From an uncultured Eubacteriales bacterium (lineage in GTDB: Bacteria; Bacillota; Clostridia; Christensenellales; CAG-138): a stretch of 64,000 bases of DNA. The position numbers and the translations under genes were made by a program. The stretch is from the NCBI GenBank assembly GCA_900549955.1, contig URQH01000002.1:70953-134952 (forward strand), read 5' to 3'. Positions 27,993 through 36,600 of the stretch are shown here, piece by piece (position 1 is the stretch's first letter; each line of letters begins with the position of its first letter). The notes below the pieces were generated by a model that did no database searches, was not told where the DNA came from, and saw only the letters and a program-made list of their open reading frames with translations.

Positions 27993-29043
27993 ACAGCGCA
28001 CGCCGCAACACCGCCGGATCCGCCTGTACTATGCCGGAATCGTCTTTGGCGTTATGACGTTTTCGCTCATGGTCGCCGGGGGCGTGGCAGCGATCCTGTA
28101 CCTGACCGGCGTGTGGCCCTCCGTCGTGTTGTTTGCGTTCCTCACACTCGCAGGCGCAAGCCTGGTCGTCGGCGGCGTGATCAGCAGCGTCATCAGCCGC
28201 AGGGTGCTCAAGCCCATGCTGCGGCTGAGCGAAGCGTCCCGCCGCGTGGCGCAGGGCGACTTTACCGTGCGGCTCAACTACACGGGCCACCTCGAAGAAG
28301 TGCGCGCCACGTATCAGAGCTTCAACGACATGGTAACCGACCTGGGCGCCACCGAAACGCTCCGCAACGATTTTGTCGCAAACGTGTCACATGAATTCAA
28401 GACGCCCATCAACGCAATCGAAGGCTATGTGACACTGTTGCAGGATCCCCAGCTGAGCGAAACGGAACGGCAGGAATACGCTGCGCAGACGCTGACGGCG
28501 ACAGGCCGGCTGTCAACGCTTGTGAGCAACATCCTGCTGCTCTCCAAGCTCGACAACGGGCTATATGCGAACGCAATGCAGCATTTTCCGCTCGATGAGC
28601 AGATCCGCCAGGCCTTGCTGCTGCTGGAGCCGCGCTGGACGCAAAAGGAAATCGAGCTCGACGTGGAGCTCGATGGGATGCGGTATACCGGTTGTGAAGC
28701 AGTGCTGATGCAGGTTTGGATCAATCTTTTAGAAAATGCAATCAAATTCAGCGTCAACGGTGGCATCATCCACGTGCGCCTGCACGCCCTCCCGGACGGC
28801 AGCGCCGAGGTGACCATCGCCGACGAAGGCGAGGGCATGTCGCCGGAAACACAGCGCCACATCTTCGACAAGTTCTACCAGGGCGATACCTCGCACCGCG
28901 CCGAAGGCAACGGTCTCGGACTGGCGCTCGTGCAGTCCATCGTGCGGTCGCACGGCGGGACTACGACGGTGGAGAGCGCGCCGGGCGCCGGCGCAACTTT
29001 CACGGTGCGGCTCCCCGCGCCGCCTGTCCAAACCAGCGTCTAA
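27982..29043 (+). CDS. Intramembrane-sensing-type histidine kinase (two TM helices joined by a very short loop)
   Basis: TM1 and TM2 are separated only by TGVWPS. H-box FVANVSHEFKTPINAI; G-box GNGLGLALV. Overlaps the regulator by 11 nt. Confidence 0.9.
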   Translation: MPDKQRTPQHRRIRLYYAGIVFGVMTFSLMVAGGVAAILYLTGVWPSVVLFAFLTLAGASLVVGGVISSVISRRVLKPMLRLSEASRRVAQGDFTVRLNYTGHLEEVRATYQSFNDMVTDLGATETLRNDFVANVSHEFKTPINAIEGYVTLLQDPQLSETERQEYAAQTLTATGRLSTLVSNILLLSKLDNGLYANAMQHFPLDEQIRQALLLLEPRWTQKEIELDVELDGMRYTGCEAVLMQVWINLLENAIKFSVNGGIIHVRLHALPDGSAEVTIADEGEGMSPETQRHIFDKFYQGDTSHRAEGNGLGLALVQSIVRSHGGTTTVESAPGAGATFTVRLPAPPVQTSV

Positions 29044-29082
29044 TGCCTCCATGGACCCGGCCGCACGGCAGGCTCTCGACGT

Positions 29083-29316
29083 CTACCGGTCATCCCAGTC
29101 GTCTTGCGGCGGCAGTTCCTCCGCCTCCTCGAGCGACCTGTCATAACGCTCACGCAGATACTGGATCAGCGCCAGCCCCTCCCGGTGCTCCGGCTGCTGC
29201 TCCGTACCCATACATGCAGAACACGTCGCAAAGCATTGCGGGCAGATGCACCGGCTCTCCAGCCCGTGCTCCTGTTGTACCATATAGGTACCGCATCTCT
29301 GGCAACTGCAACGCAT
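29083..29316 (-). CDS. Hypothetical Cys-rich (zinc-ribbon-like) 77-aa protein with an acidic tail
   Basis: CxCxxC ... CxCxxC ... CxxC pattern (MRCSCQRCG...RCICPQCFATCSAC). Good RBS (GGAGGAGCGCTT ATG). Confidence 0.5.
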   Translation of the reverse strand: MRCSCQRCGTYMVQQEHGLESRCICPQCFATCSACMGTEQQPEHREGLALIQYLRERYDRSLEEAEELPPQDDWDDR

Positions 29317-29378
29317 AAGCGCTCCTCCTAAACAATTCTCCCGGCAGCCGCCGCCCCGCCATTGCCAAGCAAAGCTTT

Positions 29379-29405
29379 GGCCGCCATGGCTCAGGCATGG
29401 CGGCC
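29379..29405 (-). terminator. Hairpin after the Tim44-like gene
   Basis: Perfect 10-bp stem, GGCCGCCATG ...CATGGCGGCC. The downstream T-run is weak. Confidence 0.35.
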
Positions 29406-29420
29406 GGAAACGTCATCCCG

Positions 29421-30368
29421 TCAGCTGTAATTGCTGCGCTGGGATACGCCGGTAATCCCGGACAGTACCCAGTCGTGGTCGGCAAGGGTGACGACAGTCC
29501 CACAATACTCGCAACGGGCGGACTCCCGCACGGACAGCGGCGCGCCGCAGTTGGGACAGTTGACCGCCGTCATCGTCTCCGCGTCCGGCGTGCGGCGATC
29601 CTTCTGCCGCGTCAGCTTCCAGTCGTACGTCATGAACAACTCGCGGGTCCTGCTGCCGCGCACCAGCTCGCCCGTATCGTCCCGGATCGTATAATCGCAA
29701 ATACGGGTGGACAGCCGCACGACAAGCACATCGTCGTCGCCCTCCTGATAATAGCGGGAGATGAACGAGTCCAGCACCGCAATACGCTCGACACAGTTTG
29801 TCAGCCCCTGCTCACGCAGCGCGTCGAGCTGGCGCGCCATCTGATGGAACAGCGCGTCGGACAGCGAACCGCGCATGGGCTCCCAGTCCTTTTTCTGCCA
29901 GGCCTCCTGCATCTGGACATACAGGTTGCCAACGCGCTCGAGCAGCGCCTGCTCGCTGAAATTCGGGTCCTTTTCCTTGAGCGCAGACAACGGCAACCCG
30001 ACAGGCTCACCCGCGACCGGCCGCGGCCGCAGGACGCGGCCATTCTGCCGCCCGGCCTTCCGTATGTTGCGGCCAAGCGCCAGCGCGATGATGAGCACGA
30101 CGACGACCGGCACCAGCCAGTCGCCCAATCCCCCAAGCGACAGCGCGGATCCGGCGGCCGTCCAGGCCAGGTCGGAATCCCAATCAGAGTCCCAGTCCGT
30201 GTCCCAATCTGTATCCCAGCTCGAATCCCAGTCGGAACCGCCCCAGTCGGAACCGCCCCAGTCGCTGTCACCGCTGAAATTCCCCGCGTCTGCCAGGCCG
30301 GAAGCCGCGAAACAACACAGGCAAACCGCCAGCAGGCACAGCAGAACCGCCTTTCCCCATCTGTTCAT
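29421..30368 (-). CDS. Tim44-like-domain membrane protein with an N-terminal Asp/Trp repeat and a C-terminal zinc ribbon
   Basis: Signal-like N-terminus, SDWGGSDWGGSDWDSSWDTDWDTDWDSDWDSD, TM (WLVPVVVVLIIALALG), then a Tim44-type domain (FSEQALLERVGNLYVQMQEAWQKKDWEPMR). Ends with CPNCGAPL...CEYCGT. Confidence 0.7.
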   Translation of the reverse strand: MNRWGKAVLLCLLAVCLCCFAASGLADAGNFSGDSDWGGSDWGGSDWDSSWDTDWDTDWDSDWDSDLAWTAAGSALSLGGLGDWLVPVVVVLIIALALGRNIRKAGRQNGRVLRPRPVAGEPVGLPLSALKEKDPNFSEQALLERVGNLYVQMQEAWQKKDWEPMRGSLSDALFHQMARQLDALREQGLTNCVERIAVLDSFISRYYQEGDDDVLVVRLSTRICDYTIRDDTGELVRGSRTRELFMTYDWKLTRQKDRRTPDAETMTAVNCPNCGAPLSVRESARCEYCGTVVTLADHDWVLSGITGVSQRSNYS

Positions 30369-30433
30369 GAGCTACCCCTCTACCAATCCTTTGCTCTATT
30401 ATACAGCAGGGCGCAACCATTCGCAAACGGGAA

Positions 30434-30685
30434 TCAGGTTTCATTTTCAAACAGCAGTTCCGCGTCCCTCTCCGACCCGTGCAGCAGATAGACCTTGTCG
30501 ACGTCGGCATCCATACAGGAAAGGCAGGCGTCTTCCGCCTCATATCGGACGCAGGTGCCGCAGCTGGCGCTCAAACTGCGCGGCACGGGGGCAAGCGCCG
30601 CGCTTGCCCCCGCCCCCTGCAGCGCACGGTGGGTGCGCATGGCAGACAGATGTGTGTGAAATGTTGCAATATAGGATTGCCGCAT
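30434..30685 (-). CDS. DUF3343-family small protein (putative Se/S carrier-associated)
   Basis: 83 aa. IATFHTHLSAMRTHRAL...PVPRSLSASCGTCVRY matches the DUF3343 pattern (beta-alpha-beta with a conserved SxxCG). Confidence 0.65.
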   Translation of the reverse strand: MRQSYIATFHTHLSAMRTHRALQGAGASAALAPVPRSLSASCGTCVRYEAEDACLSCMDADVDKVYLLHGSERDAELLFENET

Positions 30686-30686
30686 G

Positions 30687-30893
30687 TCAGTTCTTGTCCA
30701 GTTTCAGCAGATAGTCCTCCTCCTGCTGCTCGACGGCAACCCGGTAGCCGCGCGCAGACGCAAAGCGCGTGATGTTCTGCACGGCGGCCTGGTTGTCCAC
30801 GAGCACGTCGAGGTGGTCGGCCTTGGTACGGTCGAGCGCCTTTTGCGTCATGACCACGGGGATCGGGCAGGAATAACCGCGGGCGTCTACCAT
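30687..30893 (-). CDS. yedF: TusA/SirA-like sulfur/selenium carrier (YedF-type)
   Basis: 68 aa with the CPxP motif (GYSCPIPVV). RBS AGGAGG lies inside the yedE 3' end. Confidence 0.8.
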   Translation of the reverse strand: MVDARGYSCPIPVVMTQKALDRTKADHLDVLVDNQAAVQNITRFASARGYRVAVEQQEEDYLLKLDKN

Positions 30894-30897
30894 GTCG

Positions 30898-31998
30898 TTA
30901 CGCCTCCTTTGGCTGATAGACCAGGGAGATGACGAGCATCACCACAAAGCCGATGATCACGGCCAGTGCCACCGGGCCGGCGCCAATGCCGTCGGCGCTG
31001 GAAGCGAGGCCAAAGTTGTGCGCCACAGCGGCGCCGACGATAAAGCCCGTGATGGTCACTGCGGAGTCGGTGTTGCCCTCGCCCGCCAGGATCAGCTGGC
31101 GCAGCGGGCAGCCGCCCAGGAGCATGGAACCCCAGCCGACGAGCGCCATCCCCAGCAGGTTCCACAGCCACTCCGTGTGAGCGACCGGCTGGCCGGCAAA
31201 CGCGAAGCCGGTGAAATTGTTCGTGAGCACGTTGCCGATGAACACGGCGACGATGATTGCGACAAAGCCGGAAATCAGGCGGAAGTCCTTGAACATGACC
31301 GCGTCACGAATGCCGCCGACCATGCACAGGCGGGACTGCTGCGCCAGCGCGCCGACGATCAGCGCCACGACGAGCGCCAGCAGGATGGGCGCACGCATGG
31401 AGCCGGGGCCGGACACGCTGCTGGACAGCAGGTTGCTGCCAAAGAGCAGCACGAGCAGCAGCGCCACCATGAGCACCGGGAACACAAGCCCTTCCGCCAT
31501 GCTCTGGCGATAGGCGCGGCCCAGGCTGAAGCCCTTTTTCAGGAACACGACGCCGATCAGGATGCCGATGACAAAGCCGACAAGGCCGACGATCGCGTTG
31601 AGGTCGCCGCCGCCAATGCGGATGACCATGCGCAGCGGGCAGCCGAGGAACACGAGCGCGCCAATCATGACGAACACGGCGATGACAAAGCGGGTCATCG
31701 GGGAAGAACCGCCGACGGGCCGGAACTCCTTGCGCACCGCGGAGAGCGCAAACGCGCCCAGCACGAGGCCGATGATCTCCGGCCGGACGTACTGCACGAT
31801 GCCGGTACCGGTCTCGGCGCTCAGGCCGGCCGTCTGGAACTTCAGCGCGCCGGCGATGTCGCGCAGGAAGCAGGCAATGCAAAAGCCCATGTTCTTCGGG
31901 TTGCCAAATGCCGTGAGCAGAACGGCCGCAGCACCAACGATCAGGCCGGTCACGATGATCAGCCAATACCGTTTGACAAAGGATTCTTTCTTCTCCAT
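30898..31998 (-). CDS. yedE: YedE/FdhT-family selenium-metabolism membrane protein (YeeE/YedE transporter-like)
   Basis: 366 aa, polytopic. Conserved Cys motifs GFCIACFLRD and GGCPLR in the two halves. Confidence 0.85.
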   Translation of the reverse strand: MEKKESFVKRYWLIIVTGLIVGAAAVLLTAFGNPKNMGFCIACFLRDIAGALKFQTAGLSAETGTGIVQYVRPEIIGLVLGAFALSAVRKEFRPVGGSSPMTRFVIAVFVMIGALVFLGCPLRMVIRIGGGDLNAIVGLVGFVIGILIGVVFLKKGFSLGRAYRQSMAEGLVFPVLMVALLLVLLFGSNLLSSSVSGPGSMRAPILLALVVALIVGALAQQSRLCMVGGIRDAVMFKDFRLISGFVAIIVAVFIGNVLTNNFTGFAFAGQPVAHTEWLWNLLGMALVGWGSMLLGGCPLRQLILAGEGNTDSAVTITGFIVGAAVAHNFGLASSADGIGAGPVALAVIIGFVVMLVISLVYQPKEA

Positions 31999-32087
31999 CG
32001 TATCCTCCCAAAACTTGTGTGTACTTGAAGGTCCTTCTGTGCTATAATATCACAAAGGCACGTTATGTGCAAGTGAGGATAACGAAA

Positions 32088-33251
32088 ATGTCCACAGAAT
32101 CCGTCATTTATCTGGATCATGCCGCGACTTCCGGCAAAAAAGCCCCCGGTGTCAGCACGGCGGTCGCCGCCTATCTGGACGGCCTTGCCGCCAACGTCAA
32201 CCGATCCACCTATGCCGTCTCCTCGCAGGCGGCCATGCGCGTGCTGGAGTGCCGTGAGCTGCTGGCAAGCCGCTTCCACTTTGCTTCCCCGTCCCACGTG
32301 GTGTTCACGCCGGGGCAGACGGCCGGGCTGAACATGGTCATCAAGGGCCTGCTGCGCCCTGGCGACCGCGTCGTGGTCAGCTCGATGGAGCACAATGCCG
32401 TCATGCGTCCGCTCAACCAGCTGCAGCGCCTCGCCGGCATCAAGATCGATCGGGTGCCCTGCGCGCCGGACGGCACGCTGGATCCCCGCGCCATACTGCC
32501 ATATCTGCACGAGGACACCCGCCTTGCCGTCTTTACGCACGCCTCGAACGTCTGCGGCACGATGTTGCCCGTGCAGGAAATTGGCGAGCTGCTGTACGCA
32601 CGAGGCATCCCGTTCGTGCTGGACGCGGCACAGACGGCAGGCCACGTGCCGATCGACTTCGGCGCGCTGCATCTCAGCGCGCTGGCCGTGCCGGGGCACA
32701 AGGGGCTTCTGGGCCCTTCCGGTCTCGGCGCGCTGCTGCTGGATCCGGATTTCAGCGAACGGCTGGAACCGCTTCTCTGCGGCGGCACGGGCAGCGCCTC
32801 CGATAGCGAGGAGCAGCCCTCCTACATGCCGGACCGGTTTGAATCCGGCACGCTGAACCTGCCGGGCATCTTCGGCCTGCACGCGGCGCTTTCGTTCCTG
32901 ACGGACGCGCAGATCCTGTCGCTCGACGAATCGGAGCGGCGTCTCGCAGAGCGCATGCTGGACGGCCTGGTGCAAAACAAACGCGTCCGGGTGGTGGGGC
33001 TGCCCACGGGCGCCGGACGCGTAGGTGTCATTTCAATCGACTGTCTGACGATGGACAACGCCGAGGCCGCCTACCGGCTCGAGACGGAATTTGGCATCTG
33101 CACGCGGTGCGGCCTGCACTGCGCGCCCAGCGCGCACAAGACGCTGGGCACCTTCCCGCAGGGCACGGTGCGTTTCTCCATCGGCTATGGCACGACGGAG
33201 GCGGACATCGACGCGGCGCTCGCGGCGCTCGACGCCGTTACCGCAGGATGA
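32088..33251 (+). CDS. Class-V aminotransferase, cysteine desulfurase / selenocysteine lyase family
   Basis: IYLDHAATS, SSMEHNAV, PGHKGLLGP (PLP lysine) and RCGLHCAP (active-site Cys loop). ATG at 32088 is preceded by GTGAGGA. The track ORF starts at 32019. Confidence 0.85.
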   Translation: MSTESVIYLDHAATSGKKAPGVSTAVAAYLDGLAANVNRSTYAVSSQAAMRVLECRELLASRFHFASPSHVVFTPGQTAGLNMVIKGLLRPGDRVVVSSMEHNAVMRPLNQLQRLAGIKIDRVPCAPDGTLDPRAILPYLHEDTRLAVFTHASNVCGTMLPVQEIGELLYARGIPFVLDAAQTAGHVPIDFGALHLSALAVPGHKGLLGPSGLGALLLDPDFSERLEPLLCGGTGSASDSEEQPSYMPDRFESGTLNLPGIFGLHAALSFLTDAQILSLDESERRLAERMLDGLVQNKRVRVVGLPTGAGRVGVISIDCLTMDNAEAAYRLETEFGICTRCGLHCAPSAHKTLGTFPQGTVRFSIGYGTTEADIDAALAALDAVTAG

Positions 33252-34272
33252 TCCGCTTGCCCTCCGCCCGTTTGAGCGTCCCGATGCGCTGCGCGCTCGG
33301 GACGTTTTCTTTCAGCATGGCGTAGAGCGCGTCTGCATCGGCTGGATCCACCGCCATCAGCAGGCCGCCCGCCGTCTGCGGGTCAAAGAGCACATCCTGC
33401 ACGGCTACCTCTACATCGCCGGCGTCCACGTGTTCTTCGGCAAAGGTGCGGTTGCGATACATCCCCTCCGGCAACAGGCCAATTCGCGCGAGCGACAGGG
33501 CCTCCGGGATGATGTCGATGGCGGACGTGTCGATCACGGCCGTCAGATCGGATCCCTGCGCCATCTCCAACAGGTGCCCCATGAGCCCAAAGCCCGTGAC
33601 GTCCGTACACGCGTGCACGCGGAACTGCACCATGCAGTCGCGCGCCGCCCGGTTGAGCGTGGTCATAAGCTTCTTGGCCAGCGCTGCACCCTCGTCGCTG
33701 AGCATATCCACCTTCTGCGCCGTGGACAAAATGCCGATGCCGAGCGGCTTGGTCAGCAACAGCACGTCGCCTTCGTGGGCGCCGCTGTTGGTCAGCACGC
33801 GGTCGGGATGGACAAACCCGGTCACCGACAGGCCGTACTTCGGCTCCTCGTCGAGGATGCTGTGGCCGCCGGTGATCAGCGCGCCAGCCTCATAGACCTT
33901 GTCGTATCCGCCGCGCAGGAGCGCATGCACCGTCTCTTTTGGCATATCTGCCGGGATGCAAAGGATGTTCAGCGCCAACTTGGGCTCGCCGCCCATGGCA
34001 TACACGTCGGACAGTGCGTTGGTCGCGGCGATCTGGCCAAAGGTGTATGGATCGTCCGCGATCGGCGGAAAGAAGTCCAGCGTCTGCACGAGCGCCAGCT
34101 CGTCGCTCACACGGTACACGGAGGCGTCGTCCGACCGGTCAAACCCCACGAGCAGGTTGGGATCCTCGCGCACCTTGATGCCCTCGAGCAGCTTGGCCAG
34201 CACGCCAGCGCCGACCTTGGCGCCGCAGCCCGCACATTTAGCCAATTTTGTCAGCTTTACTTCCTGTTCCAT
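33238..34272 (-). CDS. selD: Selenide, water dikinase (selenophosphate synthetase), Cys-type
   Basis: N-terminal LAKCAGCGAKV (Cys, not an in-frame TGA), PurM-like fold motifs (TLDFFPPIADDPYTFGQIAATNALSDVYAMGG, DVTGFGLMGHL). ATG at 34272 is preceded by AAGGGAGAG. Confidence 0.95.
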   Translation of the reverse strand: MEQEVKLTKLAKCAGCGAKVGAGVLAKLLEGIKVREDPNLLVGFDRSDDASVYRVSDELALVQTLDFFPPIADDPYTFGQIAATNALSDVYAMGGEPKLALNILCIPADMPKETVHALLRGGYDKVYEAGALITGGHSILDEEPKYGLSVTGFVHPDRVLTNSGAHEGDVLLLTKPLGIGILSTAQKVDMLSDEGAALAKKLMTTLNRAARDCMVQFRVHACTDVTGFGLMGHLLEMAQGSDLTAVIDTSAIDIIPEALSLARIGLLPEGMYRNRTFAEEHVDAGDVEVAVQDVLFDPQTAGGLLMAVDPADADALYAMLKENVPSAQRIGTLKRAEGKRIILR

Positions 34273-34288
34273 CGTCCGCACTCTCCCT

Positions 34289-35080
34289 TCAGTTGATTGC
34301 CTTGGTCAGATGCAGCAGCGCTTCCAACACGCCGCCGCCGATGCTGAGCGCCTTGTCGGACACCGTAAAACAATGCTCCACGCGGCAGCGCGGATCCACA
34401 TCGCCGCTCTTCATGCCCTTGTACACCTGCGTGCCGTCCGGCAGCAGGCCGCGCAGCGTGCCGCGGATGGCGCTGCAGACCTTGAACCGGCCCACATAGG
34501 CGCACACCTCCCCGGCCTCCACCGTATCGCCGATGTGATGGACGCCGCGGAACTCGCCCGCGCAGGGTGCGCGCAAAATGCGCTCAATCGTAAACCCGCC
34601 CACGTCGCCAGGCACCCCTGTGTTCTTCAGGGCGGTCCCTTCATAGTATACGCGCCCGAGCGTATGTCCGCGCATGGTTTCCACGACCGCGTGGCAGTCC
34701 ACGCCGGCCGTGAACCCGGGCCCCAGTGCAATGACGACCGGCGCATCCGTGATCTTCGTGCCCAGGTTTTCTTTGGCCAGGATGGCATCCACCAGTACGT
34801 CCGGGCAAAACGCCGGCAGGCTGGCCGCTTCCGGATCGGCCAGCACCGGGATCTCCCCGCGTTGCAGGATGTCGCGCGCCGCATCCACATTCACCGCAAA
34901 TCGTGCGGTGATATCCTCCACCACCGTAGAGCCGTTGGGAATGGCTTCCGAAAAGCAGACGGTGCGCCGGATGGACGTCGGCTGCGGCAAATCGGTCATG
35001 ACGACGGAAAAGCCGCTACGGTGCAGGCGGCAGGCCACGCCGCTGGCCAGGTCGCCAGCGCCTTTTACAAACACAAGCAT
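34289..35080 (-). CDS. yqeB: Selenium-dependent molybdenum hydroxylase system protein, YqeB family
   Basis: 263 aa. MLVFVKGAGDLASGVACRL (Rossmann-like start) and overall similarity to the YqeB/EF2563 family, immediately upstream of selD. Confidence 0.75.
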   Translation of the reverse strand: MLVFVKGAGDLASGVACRLHRSGFSVVMTDLPQPTSIRRTVCFSEAIPNGSTVVEDITARFAVNVDAARDILQRGEIPVLADPEAASLPAFCPDVLVDAILAKENLGTKITDAPVVIALGPGFTAGVDCHAVVETMRGHTLGRVYYEGTALKNTGVPGDVGGFTIERILRAPCAGEFRGVHHIGDTVEAGEVCAYVGRFKVCSAIRGTLRGLLPDGTQVYKGMKSGDVDPRCRVEHCFTVSDKALSIGGGVLEALLHLTKAIN

Positions 35081-35811
35081 ACGTCATTTCCTCCACACAG
35101 AGATGTACAAAGGACGGTATCAACGGCATCCCGCGGAAGCGCCGCGGCTACCTGGCGGGCCAAAGCCTGCCGGGCTGCGTCGTCCGCCTTGTTGAGCACC
35201 ACAGAAAACCGCACGCCGGGCCGGACGTCCTTGCGCTGCCCGTCCCCGCTCACCAGCACGGCCGCTACGTCCTGCGGCGTGACGACATGCGCCTGCTCTA
35301 CACCCAGCACCGCCGCATAGCGCTCCGGACGAAAGGCCGTTTCAGAAACAGGCTTGCCAATGCCGTCGAGCCCCGCAACCGCCAGCACGAGCGACGCCGT
35401 CTCGGGAATGACGGGCTCGTGCGAAGCCGGCGCCTTCAGCGGCAGATGCTTGGCGCCGTCAGCCTCGACGAGCACATACGCCGCAAGCCGGGACAGCGCC
35501 TCTATGGGCAGGCTGCAGGCCTGCAGCTTGCCTTCCTGCGCAGGCGCGCCGACGCACACCGGCTCCCCGGCATGCGCGCGCAGCGCGCGAGAAACCGCTT
35601 CCGGCGTGGGGGAAAGCAGCACCGGCATGGCCGCGGGCGGGAAGATCCGCGTGGTCGTGGTCACGAGGACGGTATGCCCCTCCGCCGCCAGCTCCAGCGC
35701 AAGCCGCTCCATGAGCGTCGTCTTGCCGCCGCCACCGACGACCGCCGTGACGCCCCGCGGCAGGCGCAGCCGCTCGAAAACCTTCGTCTGATACGCGCAA
35801 TCCGGTGCCAT
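35065..35811 (-). CDS. yqeC: Selenium-dependent hydroxylase accessory protein YqeC
   Basis: P-loop VVGGGGKTTLM near the N-terminus, typical of YqeC. ATG at 35811 is preceded by GGAGGG. Overlaps yqeB by 16 nt. Confidence 0.75.
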   Translation of the reverse strand: MAPDCAYQTKVFERLRLPRGVTAVVGGGGKTTLMERLALELAAEGHTVLVTTTTRIFPPAAMPVLLSPTPEAVSRALRAHAGEPVCVGAPAQEGKLQACSLPIEALSRLAAYVLVEADGAKHLPLKAPASHEPVIPETASLVLAVAGLDGIGKPVSETAFRPERYAAVLGVEQAHVVTPQDVAAVLVSGDGQRKDVRPGVRFSVVLNKADDAARQALARQVAAALPRDAVDTVLCTSLCGGNDVCLCL

Positions 35812-35910
35812 GGCATGCCCTCCGTTATCCCAAGTGGAGAATAACATTTCTCCCCCGTTTTGTCAATTCCTGCCGCCGCGTCCACGGCGCCGGCGGGAAA
35901 CCGCCGGACG

Positions 35911-35945
35911 CAAAAAAAGCGAACCGGACATGGTTCGCTCTTTTT
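35911..35945 (-). terminator. Intrinsic terminator after rpmA
   Basis: Minus strand reads AGCGAACC atgtcc GGTTCGCT followed by TTTTTTTG. Confidence 0.65.
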
Positions 35946-35967
35946 CCACACTGTGCCGCGTTGGGGC

Positions 35968-36258
35968 TTACTCGCCGGCAGCCTCGGCGTACACGCTGAC
36001 CTGTTTTTTGCCGGCGTGCTTCGTCTCGAAACGGACGACGCCATCGATCTTGGCGAACAGGGTATCGTCCTTGCCGATGCCCACGTTGTTGCCCGGATGG
36101 AAGTGCGTGCCGCGCTGGCGCACGAGGATGTTGCCGGCGAGCACGAACTGGCCGTCCGCACGCTTGGGTCCGAGCCGCTTGCTCTCGCTGTCACGGCCGT
36201 TGCGCGAGGAACCGACGCCCTTTTTATGTGCAAACAACTGCAGATTCATCTGGAACAT
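35968..36258 (-). CDS. rpmA: 50S ribosomal protein L27, with the N-terminal propeptide removed by Prp
   Basis: [24 protein letters not shown]: the Firmicute extension ends at the F/A cleavage motif. Confidence 0.95.
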   Translation of the reverse strand: MFQMNLQLFAHKKGVGSSRNGRDSESKRLGPKRADGQFVLAGNILVRQRGTHFHPGNNVGIGKDDTLFAKIDGVVRFETKHAGKKQVSVYAEAAGE

Positions 36259-36261
36259 GTG

Positions 36262-36594
36262 TCACACCTCCTTACAGCCAAATTTGAGGTATCCCGGATA
36301 CGATTCGTCAACGGCGTGCAACCCGGCTGAAAGCGTATTCAGCAACAGTGCTGCCTCTTCGCCCTGCGCATCGGTCGTATCCCTGCCGATGACGCAGTGC
36401 AGGCTCCCATCTTCCGAGATGGAATAGCCGGCCGGAATGTGTGCTACCTCCACAAGCCCAAGCACCGCCGTCTGTGTGAGCGCGGATACCGCGCTGCAGA
36501 CGATGTCCTGGCCCGCTTCGGCATAGTCCGCATGGCCGGTACAGTCGAACCCGACAAGCCGGCCCTGGCTGCGGAGAAACGTTACGTGGATCAT
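36262..36594 (-). CDS. prp: Ribosomal-processing cysteine protease Prp (YsxB)
   Basis: 110 aa located between rplU and rpmA, with GHADYAEAGQDIVCSAVSAL (His/Cys dyad). Confidence 0.9.
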   Translation of the reverse strand: MIHVTFLRSQGRLVGFDCTGHADYAEAGQDIVCSAVSALTQTAVLGLVEVAHIPAGYSISEDGSLHCVIGRDTTDAQGEEAALLLNTLSAGLHAVDESYPGYLKFGCKEV

Positions 36595-36600
36595 GACGCC

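Noticed and set aside
33238-34272. Checked selD for an in-frame TGA (selenocysteine-type SelD), and neighbouring genes for SECIS-like read-through
   Set aside because: The active-site position is encoded by TGC (Cys) in KCAGCGAK. No interrupted ORF pairs are visible in the cluster.
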